From Burkholderiales bacterium (GTDB lineage: Bacteria > Pseudomonadota > Gammaproteobacteria > Burkholderiales > CAIKXV01): 64,000 nucleotides of DNA. Under the pieces are notes generated by a model, which saw nothing but the letters and a program-made list of their open reading frames with translations, was not told the origin of the DNA and searched no databases. Numbering within the stretch: position 1 is the stretch's first letter; each line of letters begins with the position of its first letter. Where the stretch lies: contig JBBRCD010000007.1 of the NCBI GenBank assembly GCA_038205245.1, positions 2,037-66,036 of the forward strand. The letters are read 5' to 3'. A program made the position numbers and the translations under genes. Positions 1 through 7,640 of this stretch are shown one piece after another.

Positions 1-1
1 G

Positions 2-550
2 AAGTTCTCGGAGCTGGCCGCGTTCTTCCATACCGAGATCGGGCCGCTCAACCAGATCATCCATATCTGGCCTTACGAGAGCGTGGACGAGCGCACCCGT
101 ATCCGCGCTGCCGCAGTCGCAGACAAGACCTGGCCGCCGGACATCAAGGAGTTCACGCTGGCGATGCGCTCGGAGATATTCATCCCGTTCGCGTTCTCGC
201 CGCCGCTCGAGCCGGGCAAGTTCGGCCCGATCTTCGAGATGCGCACATACACCTATCCGGTGGGCAAGCTGCCGCTGCTGATGGACAACTGGGAGCAGGC
301 GATCGGCGAGCGAACCAAGCTGTCGCCCTGTCTGGCCATGTGGTACTCCGACCTGGGGGCGCTCAACAAGTTCATCCATCTGTGGCCGTATGCATCGATG
401 AACGACCGCATGGAGACGCGCACCCGTGCGATGGCCACCGGTGTCTGGCCGCCCAGTGCCAAGGCGAAGAAAGATGGCCGCGAGGGCGTTGCCTATCTCG
501 CCCAGGAGAACAAGATCGTCATGCCGTCGGCGTTCTCGCCGATCCAGTAA
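2..550 (+). CDS. NIPSNAP family protein; 5' end lies outside the window
   Basis: Frame is open from position 2. Two internally similar halves each end in a related motif (LNQIIHIWPYESVDER and LNKFIHLWPYASMNDR), the duplicated architecture typical of NIPSNAP proteins. Confidence 0.8.
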   Translation, partial: KFSELAAFFHTEIGPLNQIIHIWPYESVDERTRIRAAAVADKTWPPDIKEFTLAMRSEIFIPFAFSPPLEPGKFGPIFEMRTYTYPVGKLPLLMDNWEQAIGERTKLSPCLAMWYSDLGALNKFIHLWPYASMNDRMETRTRAMATGVWPPSAKAKKDGREGVAYLAQENKIVMPSAFSPIQ

Positions 551-559
551 GCCGGTTCG

Positions 560-1336
560 CTATCGCCTGCGAAAGACCAGATCGGACACTGCATGGCCCA
601 GCCGCACACCGCGCAGCTCGAAGCGGGTGAGCGGCCGGTAGTCCGGTCTGGGCGCATAGTTTTCGCAGGTGTTCGCCAGCAGCGGCTCCGCTGACATCAC
701 GGCCAGCATCTGCTGCGCGTACTCCTGCCAGTCGGTTGCCGCATGCAGGTAACCGCCAGGCGCGATGCGCGAGGCCAGTAGCGAAACGAAAGGTGCCTGC
801 AGCAGCCGGCGCTTGTGGTGGCGGGTCTTGTGCCACGGGTCGGGGAAGAACACATGCGCGCCGGCAAGGCTGTCTGGCGCGATCATGTCGCGCATCACTT
901 CAACCGCATCATGCTGGACGATACGTACGTTGCTCAGGTCCAGCCGCCCGATCTTGTCCAGCAGACTGCCCACGCCCGGGTTGTGCACCTCGATGCCAAG
1001 GTAGTCGTTGTACGGATGCGTCTGAGCGATCTGCGCCGTGCCTTCGCCCATGCCGAATCCTATCTCGACGATCAGCGGCGCCTGCCTGCCGAACGCCGCC
1101 GCCGGTTCGAGCAGTGAGGCCGAGTAGCCGATGCCAAAGCGCGGCAGCAGCGCATCGTAGGCGCGCTGCTGGGCCTGGGTGATCCGCCCCTGGCGCAGGA
1201 CATAGCTGCGGATTCGGCGATCGGAGGGGCGATCGGCTGGGCGATCGGCTGGGGACAGACCCTCAGGGTCAGTCCCCTTGCCAGTCCCCCTGCCAGTCCC
1301 CTTGCAAGATGAGTCGTTGCTGCTGTCGGCAGTCAT
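560..1336 (-). CDS. trmB: tRNA (guanine46-N7)-methyltransferase
   Basis: ORF 560..1450. The C-terminal ~230 aa carry TrmB-type motifs ([22 protein letters not shown]). ATG at 1336 chosen because the upstream 115 nt of the ORF are REP palindromes. Start uncertain. Confidence 0.85.
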   Translation of the reverse strand: MTADSSNDSSCKGTGRGTGKGTDPEGLSPADRPADRPSDRRIRSYVLRQGRITQAQQRAYDALLPRFGIGYSASLLEPAAAFGRQAPLIVEIGFGMGEGTAQIAQTHPYNDYLGIEVHNPGVGSLLDKIGRLDLSNVRIVQHDAVEVMRDMIAPDSLAGAHVFFPDPWHKTRHHKRRLLQAPFVSLLASRIAPGGYLHAATDWQEYAQQMLAVMSAEPLLANTCENYAPRPDYRPLTRFELRGVRLGHAVSDLVFRRR

Positions 1337-1448
1337 CAGCGAGTAACCCGGGGACAGACCCTGAGGGTCTGTCCCCGGCCGCGCCATCTGCGCCATCCCC
1401 GAGCAGCCGGGGGACAAGCCCGGCGACAGACCCTCGGGGTCTGTCCCC
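1217..1448. repeat. Composite of two 12-bp tandem arrays and three REP-like palindromes
   Basis: GGCGATCGG(A/C)(G/T)G x3 at 1217-1252. Palindromes at 1251-1277, 1350-1376 (perfect 12-bp arms, 3-nt loop) and 1422-1448. AGTCCCC(T/C)TGC(C/A) x3 at 1271-1306, seeded by the right arm of the first palindrome. Confidence 0.9.
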
Positions 1449-1469
1449 ATCGGTGCTGCCGTACGTTGT

Positions 1470-2276
1470 TCAGGCTGCCTTGCCTGCAGGAGTGATCAGG
1501 CCGGCAGTCGGTGAGCTTGGTGCGGCACTGTAGAGTTTCTTCGGCATCCGTCCGGCGAGGAAGGCCTCGCGCCCGGCCTCGACCGCTTTCTTCATCGCCG
1601 AGGCCATCAGCACTGGATCTTTCGCCGCCGCGATCGCGGTGTTCATCAGCACCCCGTCGCAGCCCAGCTCCATCGCGATGGCGGCGTCCGATGCAGTGCC
1701 TACCCCGGCATCGACGATCACCGGCACCTTCGCATTGCCGATGATGATCTGCAGGTTCCACGGGTTGAGGATGCCCATGCCGGAGCCGATCAGGCTGGCC
1801 AACGGCATCACTGCGACGCAGCCGATCTCTTCCAGCTGCTTTGCCATGATCGGATCGTCGCTGCAGTAGACCATCACCTCGAAGCCGTCCTTGACCAGGA
1901 TCTCGGCGGCGCGCAGCGTTTCGGCCATGTTCGGATAGAGCGTGTGCGGATCGCCCAGCACCTCGAGCTTGCAGAGCGTATGGCCGTCGAGCAGCTCGCG
2001 CGCGAGGCGCAGCGTGCGCACCGCGTCGTCCGCGCTGTAGCAGCCGGCGCTGTTGGGCAGCATGGTGAACTTCGATTGGGGCAACTCGTCAAGCAGGCTG
2101 GGTTCGCCGCGGTTCTGGCCGATGTTCGTGCGCCGGATCGCCACGGTGACGATCTCGGCGCCGCTCGCCTCGATCGCTTCACGGGTCTGGGCAAAGTCCC
2201 GGTACTTGCCGGTGCCGACCAGCAGGCGGGACTGGTATGTGCGCGAGCCGATGCGCAGGGGGGGAAGAGATTGCAT
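1470..2276 (-). CDS. thiG: thiazole synthase
   Basis: 268 aa. N-terminus [19 protein letters not shown] and full-length resemblance to ThiG. Sits next to thiS. Confidence 0.93.
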   Translation of the reverse strand: MQSLPPLRIGSRTYQSRLLVGTGKYRDFAQTREAIEASGAEIVTVAIRRTNIGQNRGEPSLLDELPQSKFTMLPNSAGCYSADDAVRTLRLARELLDGHTLCKLEVLGDPHTLYPNMAETLRAAEILVKDGFEVMVYCSDDPIMAKQLEEIGCVAVMPLASLIGSGMGILNPWNLQIIIGNAKVPVIVDAGVGTASDAAIAMELGCDGVLMNTAIAAAKDPVLMASAMKKAVEAGREAFLAGRMPKKLYSAAPSSPTAGLITPAGKAA

Positions 2277-2389
2277 CGGATAGGGTCAGCAGAAAGCCGG
2301 CGCATGAATGGCAGAGGCAGGATTGTAGCCTCCGCGTCAGCCGACTGCTGCCGATCGGGTTGTCCAGGCCGGGCGCCCGGGCAGGCCGC

Positions 2390-2614
2390 TCAGCCGCCGC
2401 CGACGGCGACGACGATCTCGATCACATCCTCATCGGCCAGGGGTGTGCCCGCCAACTGACTGCGCGGGACGATCTCGCCGTTGCGCTCGAGTGCGATCCG
2501 GCGACCGGTCAGCCCCAGGTGGCCGACCAGTGCGGCGCAATCGGCAACATCGGCGAGGACTTTCGTCTCGCCGTTCACCTTGATCCGCAGGGGTCCTGCC
2601 TGTGTCGTATCCAT
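2390..2614 (-). CDS. thiS: sulfur-carrier protein ThiS
   Basis: 74 aa ending in the diagnostic ...VAVGGG. ATG at 2614 lies inside the longer ORF 2390..2725, whose 5' extension runs into the tRNA gene. Confidence 0.85.
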   Translation of the reverse strand: MDTTQAGPLRIKVNGETKVLADVADCAALVGHLGLTGRRIALERNGEIVPRSQLAGTPLADEDVIEIVVAVGGG

Positions 2615-2688
2615 CGCCTGGAGTCTACCGGTGCAGCGCTGGGCCGGCGGGCACGCCGCAGCAGAATCGAAGTAAACTGCACACCGCG

Positions 2689-2762
2689 GCGGGCGTAGTT
2701 CAATGGTAGAACGAAAGCTTCCCAAGCTCTAGACGTGGGTTCGATTCCCATCGCCCGCTCCA
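2689..2762 (+). tRNA. tRNA-Gly (anticodon CCC)
   Basis: 74 nt. Acceptor stem GCGGGCG pairs with CGCCCGC. D-arm GTTCAATGGTAGAAC, anticodon loop TTCCCAA, T-arm GGGTTCGATTCCC, encoded CCA end. From memory, closely resembles the enterobacterial Gly-CCC tRNA. Confidence 0.93.
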
Positions 2763-3133
2763 GCCTCCAGCAGTTCGGTGTCTTCATGCGAGTAGGCTGG
2801 CGCGCAGGCACAGAGCAGCCGCAGGTCGCAGGCGCCTGTGTTTTCCAGACGGTGTGCGGTGCCCGGCTCGATGCAGACCGTGTCGCCTGCCTGGACATCG
2901 AAGACAAGGCTGCCCAGCGTCATCCGGCCGCGCCCGGCGGTGAAGCAGTAGACCTCCTCGGTGAAGCGATGCCGGTGCAGCACGGTGCAGGTGCCGGGCG
3001 GAACCGTGGCTTCGGCAAGGCTCTGCCGGGCGTTTCCGTGAACTGTGGGGTGCATCAACTCACGGATGATCGACCCGTCGCGGGTGACATAGGGTTCGAC
3101 ACGGTCGTAGCTGGAGCGGATCGGTTCGGTCAT
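2729..3133 (-). CDS. cupin domain protein
   Basis: 134 aa with cupin-like motifs (VLHRHRFTEEVYCFTAGRG ... GDTVCIEPGTAHRLEN). The last 11 codons are antisense to the tRNA-Gly 3' half. Confidence 0.7.
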   Translation of the reverse strand: MTEPIRSSYDRVEPYVTRDGSIIRELMHPTVHGNARQSLAEATVPPGTCTVLHRHRFTEEVYCFTAGRGRMTLGSLVFDVQAGDTVCIEPGTAHRLENTGACDLRLLCACAPAYSHEDTELLEAGAGDGNRTHV

Positions 3134-3164
3134 TCCAGGGTGGTGTCCGGGCTAAAATGGCAGC

Positions 3165-5543
3165 ATGCTCCAGCGCCTTCCCCGCCTTCCCCGCCTTCCC
3201 CGCCTTCCCCGCCTTGCACGCTACGCGTTGATCGGCATCGGGTCGCTGCTGGCAGTGCTGATGGCGGTCGTGGCCTGGATCGGATTGACTTTCGATCCTA
3301 ACGCCTACAAGCCGAAACTGGTCGAATTTGTCCAGCAGCGATACCAGCGCATGCTCACGCTCGATGGCGACATTCGCATCACCTGGTTCCCCTCGATCGG
3401 CGCCGCGGTGGGCAAGGTGAGCCTGTCCGAGCGTGCCAGCGACAATGAGTTTGCGGGCGCCGACCGTGTGCAAGCGTCGCTCGAACTGTTGCCGCTGCTT
3501 CGCGGCAGGGTGGTGATCGGCGAGATCGGGGTGAGCCGGTTGCGCGCCACCCTGGTGACCTACAAGGACGGCACGCGCAACATCGACGATCTTGTCGACC
3601 CGGGCGCTGCCCCCCGGGCCGAGGGCCGGCCCGTCGGCAGTTCCCCGCCTGACACCGCCGGCGGGATCAGCCTGAACATCGGCAGGATCGTGATCGAGAA
3701 CGGGCAGCTCGGTTCCCGGGACGAACGCACCGGCAGTCAGTTCAGCCTGTCTTCGTTCGCGCTGACCACCGGCCGGATCGGCGGCAGCCAGGCCGATCCG
3801 TTCAGCCTGAGCGCCGCGGTGCAGGCCAGCGAGCCGAAGCTTTCGCTGCGTATCGAGGCCAGGGGCCAGTTGCTGGTCGACTCCGGGCAGAAGCGTTTCG
3901 GCGCGTCCTCGCTGGCCGCCAGCGTCACCGGCAGTGTCGGCACCATGCCAGTCGACCTGCGCCTGGAACTGGCGCGGCTGTTGAGCGCACCCGGAGCGTT
4001 GCAGATCGACAAGCTCAAGCTTGTGGCGCGTATCACCGGCGCTTCTGCCGGAGAGCAGACGGTCGTCGAGGCAAACCTGCCTGCGCTTGCCGCGCGCGAC
4101 GGCGGGTTCGCCGGGGCGAATATCGGCGTGACCGTTGACCGGACGTCCGCAACCGACAGGTTGAATGTGCGCATCGGTATCCCGCTCGATGGGCGCCTGT
4201 CCGCAACGAGCGCGGTGCCGATCCGGGTCGCCGCAGCCGAGATCAAGGCCGACATGGAAGGCAAGCTGTCCGGCATGACGGTACAGGGCAGCGCGCGCGG
4301 CCAGTTCATCGCCGATATCGCTGCGAGCCGCTACGAGATGTCGAAGTTCGCGCTCAAGGCGACGCTGTTCGGACTGGATGCGCCAGTGCGCGATCTGACC
4401 CTCACGCTCGACGGTGGCCTGCTGTTCGACCTGAGCGAGGGTGCCCGACCGGCCATGGCGGCGAGCGGTGATGGTCGCCTCAACGAGTCGACCCTGCGCG
4501 CCAGGGCGTCGCGCGCGACCGCAGCGGCGCCGCTCGCGTTCGATATCGAAGCCGACCAGTTCGATCTGGATCGTTACCGGCCAGTGGCGGCAAACACCGC
4601 AGATACGCCGGGTGGGGCGCCGAAACCGGCGGCTGCCGGCACCGGGCCGATCGACTTCGGTTTCCTGGACGGACTGGACATGTCGGGTGCGGTGCGTGTC
4701 GGTATGCTGAAGGCGAACGGCATCCAGGCCAACAACGTACGCGTGGAGGTCAAGGCGACGGGTGGCCGGCTCGATCTGGCGCCGATCACCGCGGCACTCT
4801 ATTCCGGTCGGCTCGAAGCGGCACTCTCCCTGGTCAACGCCAAGCCACCACGCATCTTGCATCGCCTCGCGTTGTCCGGTGTGCAGGTCGGGCCGCTGCT
4901 GGCGGCGGCAGCGAAGATCGACCTGATCGAAGGGCGCGGTGACGTGAAGCTGGATGTCACCACTCAGGGCGCCTCGACTGACGCGTTCAAGCGCTCGCTC
5001 AACGGTTCAGCCTCGATCAACCTTTCCGATGGCGCGCTGAAAGGTGTCGATATCGTCGGTGCGCTGCGCGAGGCACAGACCCGTGCGGCGCAGTTGACCG
5101 GGTCTCGGACCCGCGCCTCTGCCGCGTCCGATCGCACTGGTTTTTCCGAGCTCAGAGCGAGCTTCGGCATCCGCGACGGCGTCGCGCGCGGCACCGATCT
5201 GTCGATCAAGTCGCCGCTGCTGCGCGTGGCCGGCGAAGGTGCCATCGACATCGGGGGCGGCACGATCGACTACAAACTTCGTCCAACCGTGGTCGGCTCG
5301 GTCAGCGGCCAGGGCGCACGCGACTCGAGTCTGCTCGGCGTGACCGTACCGGTGCGCATCACTGGCCCTCTGGCCAAGCCGCAGTTCGAGTTCGACTATC
5401 AGGCGATTCTGTTGGGCAGCGCAAGAAACCTGCAACAGCGCGCGATCGACCTGCTTTTGCCGCCCGGTGGTAGCGCGCAGCCTGGCAAGGCCGATGCACG
5501 CCCGACGCCGGCGGACCTGCTCAAGGGGCTGCTCGGCAGATGA
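3165..5543 (+). CDS. AsmA family protein
   Basis: 792 aa. N-terminal membrane anchor (ALIGIGSLLAVLMAVVAWIG), then a long beta-rich periplasmic region with AsmA-like N- and C-terminal segments. Stop overlaps the mutY start (ATGA). Confidence 0.8.
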   Translation: MLQRLPRLPRLPRLPRLARYALIGIGSLLAVLMAVVAWIGLTFDPNAYKPKLVEFVQQRYQRMLTLDGDIRITWFPSIGAAVGKVSLSERASDNEFAGADRVQASLELLPLLRGRVVIGEIGVSRLRATLVTYKDGTRNIDDLVDPGAAPRAEGRPVGSSPPDTAGGISLNIGRIVIENGQLGSRDERTGSQFSLSSFALTTGRIGGSQADPFSLSAAVQASEPKLSLRIEARGQLLVDSGQKRFGASSLAASVTGSVGTMPVDLRLELARLLSAPGALQIDKLKLVARITGASAGEQTVVEANLPALAARDGGFAGANIGVTVDRTSATDRLNVRIGIPLDGRLSATSAVPIRVAAAEIKADMEGKLSGMTVQGSARGQFIADIAASRYEMSKFALKATLFGLDAPVRDLTLTLDGGLLFDLSEGARPAMAASGDGRLNESTLRARASRATAAAPLAFDIEADQFDLDRYRPVAANTADTPGGAPKPAAAGTGPIDFGFLDGLDMSGAVRVGMLKANGIQANNVRVEVKATGGRLDLAPITAALYSGRLEAALSLVNAKPPRILHRLALSGVQVGPLLAAAAKIDLIEGRGDVKLDVTTQGASTDAFKRSLNGSASINLSDGALKGVDIVGALREAQTRAAQLTGSRTRASAASDRTGFSELRASFGIRDGVARGTDLSIKSPLLRVAGEGAIDIGGGTIDYKLRPTVVGSVSGQGARDSSLLGVTVPVRITGPLAKPQFEFDYQAILLGSARNLQQRAIDLLLPPGGSAQPGKADARPTPADLLKGLLGR
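3175..3215. repeat. 9-bp tandem repeat GCCTTCCCC x4.5
   Basis: Read directly. Encodes (LPR)n at the extreme N-terminus of the AsmA-family ORF. Confidence 0.95.
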
Positions 5544-6817
5544 TTGAGCCGCTGGCAGACAAAGCGGCCTTCGCGCACCGCCTGATCGATTGGCAGCGAG
5601 TGCACGGCCGGCACGATCTGCCCTGGCAGGGCACACGAGATCCGTACCGGATCTGGCTGTCGGAGGTCATGCTCCAGCAGACTCAGGTGGCGACGGTGAT
5701 CCCCTATTACCAGAGGTTCATCTCGCGGTTTCCGGATGTGCAGTCACTCGCGCAGGCAGCACTGGACGACGTGCTGACGTCGTGGAGCGGGCTGGGCTAC
5801 TACTCGCGCGCACGCAACCTGCACCGGGCAGCGCTTACGATCTGCGCCGCGCACGGCGGGCGATTCCCGCGCCAGTTCGATCAGGTGCTGGCGCTGCCGG
5901 GCGTTGGCCGTTCGACCGCGGCCGCGATCTGCGCGCTGGCCTGGGGCGAGCGGCGTGCGATCCTGGACGGCAACGTCAAACGGGTGCTCGCCCGCCATGC
6001 GGCGATCGAGGGCTGGCCCGGCGATGCCCGGGTCGAGGCGACGCTCTGGCGCGAGGCCGAGGCGCGCCTGCCCGGTGCGGCGCCGGGCGCCAATGACCTG
6101 GCGCAGCCGCCGGCTCGCAGTGACGCTGGCGCCAGCCGTCACGGTAACGACCCGGATACCGGGTCACCGATCGCGATCTACACCCAGGCGCTGATGGATC
6201 TTGGCGCAGGCCCGTGCGCGCGCAGGCGACCTCGCTGCAGCCAGTGTCCGGTGGCCAGCGATTGTGTCGCGTATGTTTCTGACCGGGTCGATACCATTCC
6301 GGCGTCGCGTCCCAGGAAACCGATGCCACACCGGACGAGCGCAGTGTGGTTGTTGCTTGACCAGACCAGTCGTGTATTGCTGGAGCAGCGCCCGCCGAGC
6401 GGGATCTGGGGCGGGTTGTGGAGCCTGCCGCAGTCGCTCGATGCAGCAACCGAGGCCCGCATCCGCGCAGCCGATGGCGCCCTGGAAAAGCTTGCGCCAA
6501 TCGAGCACGGCTTCACCCATTTCCGCCTGACCCTGGAACCGCTTCTGGTACGCATGCACCTGGTGGATGGTTCGCAAGGCCTCGTCCTGATGGCTGCCGA
6601 GCCGGGCCGGCGCTGGGTAGCGCTCGACCAACTGGCGTCCGTGGCATTGCCGGCACCAGTGCGCGCCTTGCTGGTTTTGGTTCGAGGCCTTGGTGATGGT
6701 GAACAACGTCCGGGTGAACAACGTCCGGGTGAACAACGTCCGCGCGGGCGACGTCCGAGTGGGCAGCGCCCGCGCGCGCAACGTCCGTATGGTCTCGATA
6801 GCCTGGAGGGGACATGA
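5540..6817 (+). CDS. mutY: A/G-specific adenine DNA glycosylase
   Basis: 425 aa. Motifs LPWQGTRDPYRIWLSEVMLQQTQV, HhH-GPD (LPGVGRSTAAAI) and an Fe-S cysteine cluster (C..RRPRCSQCPVASDC), followed by a NUDIX-like C-terminal domain. The tail is a 15-bp repeat array. Confidence 0.9.
   Translation: MIEPLADKAAFAHRLIDWQRVHGRHDLPWQGTRDPYRIWLSEVMLQQTQVATVIPYYQRFISRFPDVQSLAQAALDDVLTSWSGLGYYSRARNLHRAALTICAAHGGRFPRQFDQVLALPGVGRSTAAAICALAWGERRAILDGNVKRVLARHAAIEGWPGDARVEATLWREAEARLPGAAPGANDLAQPPARSDAGASRHGNDPDTGSPIAIYTQALMDLGAGPCARRRPRCSQCPVASDCVAYVSDRVDTIPASRPRKPMPHRTSAVWLLLDQTSRVLLEQRPPSGIWGGLWSLPQSLDAATEARIRAADGALEKLAPIEHGFTHFRLTLEPLLVRMHLVDGSQGLVLMAAEPGRRWVALDQLASVALPAPVRALLVLVRGLGDGEQRPGEQRPGEQRPRGRRPSGQRPRAQRPYGLDSLEGT
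6698..6787. repeat. 15-bp tandem repeat, 3 exact plus 3 degenerate units
   Basis: GGTGAACAACGTCCG x3, then diverged copies. Encodes GEQRP-type pentapeptide repeats at the MutY C-terminus. Confidence 0.9.
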
Positions 6818-7404
6818 AGTGGCCGAGGATCGCGTTCATGGCGCTGATCCTGTTCGGCGCATGGAACTGGTGGAGCGGCCGCGAAGTCGTCCGTCCGCCT
6901 GGCGTTACGGTGGCAGAACTGCCGGTTCAGGTGGCGAGCGCTGGCGGTCGCACCTTCACCCGCAATGGCTATCAGCTCACCGCGCTCGCCAGCTTCGAGA
7001 TCTCGGCGCGCGTGCTCGGCGCCGAGCACTACCGCGCCGATCGCGAAGCCCAGATCGCCCCGGTCGATCTGGCGCTGGGCTGGGGTCGGATGTCGGACAC
7101 GGAAGTGCTGAGCAGGATCCGCATTTCGCAGAGCGGCCGCTTCTACTTCTGGAATACCGATGATTTTCCGATCCCGCGCCGGGAGATCGAGATGTACAGC
7201 GCCAACATGCACATGATCCCAGCCGATGACCGGATCGAGGCCGTGCTGAAATCGGTGCGCAAGGGTCAGCTGGTCACGGTGCGCGGCTACCTGGTCGAAG
7301 CCCGTGCCACCGACGGCTGGAGCTGGCGAAGTTCGCTCACCCGGACAGATACTGGCGCTGGGGCGTGCGAACTGATTTGGGTAGAATCGATGAAAATCCT
7401 GTGA
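6814..7404 (+). CDS. hypothetical membrane-anchored protein
   Basis: 196 aa. N-terminal hydrophobic anchor (IAFMALILFGAWNWW). ATGA overlap with the mutY stop. No family recognised. Confidence 0.6.
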   Translation: MKWPRIAFMALILFGAWNWWSGREVVRPPGVTVAELPVQVASAGGRTFTRNGYQLTALASFEISARVLGAEHYRADREAQIAPVDLALGWGRMSDTEVLSRIRISQSGRFYFWNTDDFPIPRREIEMYSANMHMIPADDRIEAVLKSVRKGQLVTVRGYLVEARATDGWSWRSSLTRTDTGAGACELIWVESMKIL

Positions 7405-7640
7405 GCTTGCGCCCAGTGCCCCGGGACGACTGCCTGTAGATTGAACTCGCCCGCTTCAGCTCCGGTCTGACGTCGCAGTCCGCCTGGAGCGCCGTGATGT
7501 TAGGCTTCGCGCCTCCGATCACGGCGATCACGCCGCTGGTGTTGGTCTTGGTGCTGGTGCTGGGCACGCGCGCGCTGCACGTACGACGTTGATCGAGCAA
7601 TCCTGGCTGCGCCCATAGTCACTCTGCGGAAGTCGTCTTC

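Noticed and set aside
2615-2688. TPP (thi-box) riboswitch expected upstream of thiS-thiG.
   Set aside because: Only 74 nt are available before the tRNA gene. I could not find the conserved CTGAGA / ACCTGATCTGGATAATGCCAGCG-type core on the minus strand.
3060-4862. 600-aa ORF antisense to the AsmA-family gene. Similar long antisense or alternate-frame ORFs: 8694-10604, 34067-36541, 36551-38365, 41996-43927, 49921-51756, 52452-53711, 53659-54939 and 58330-60114.
   Set aside because: Each lies opposite a gene with clear family motifs. Their translations are Arg/Gly/Pro/His-rich low-complexity strings with no recognisable domains, as expected for stop-codon-poor shadow frames in GC-rich DNA.
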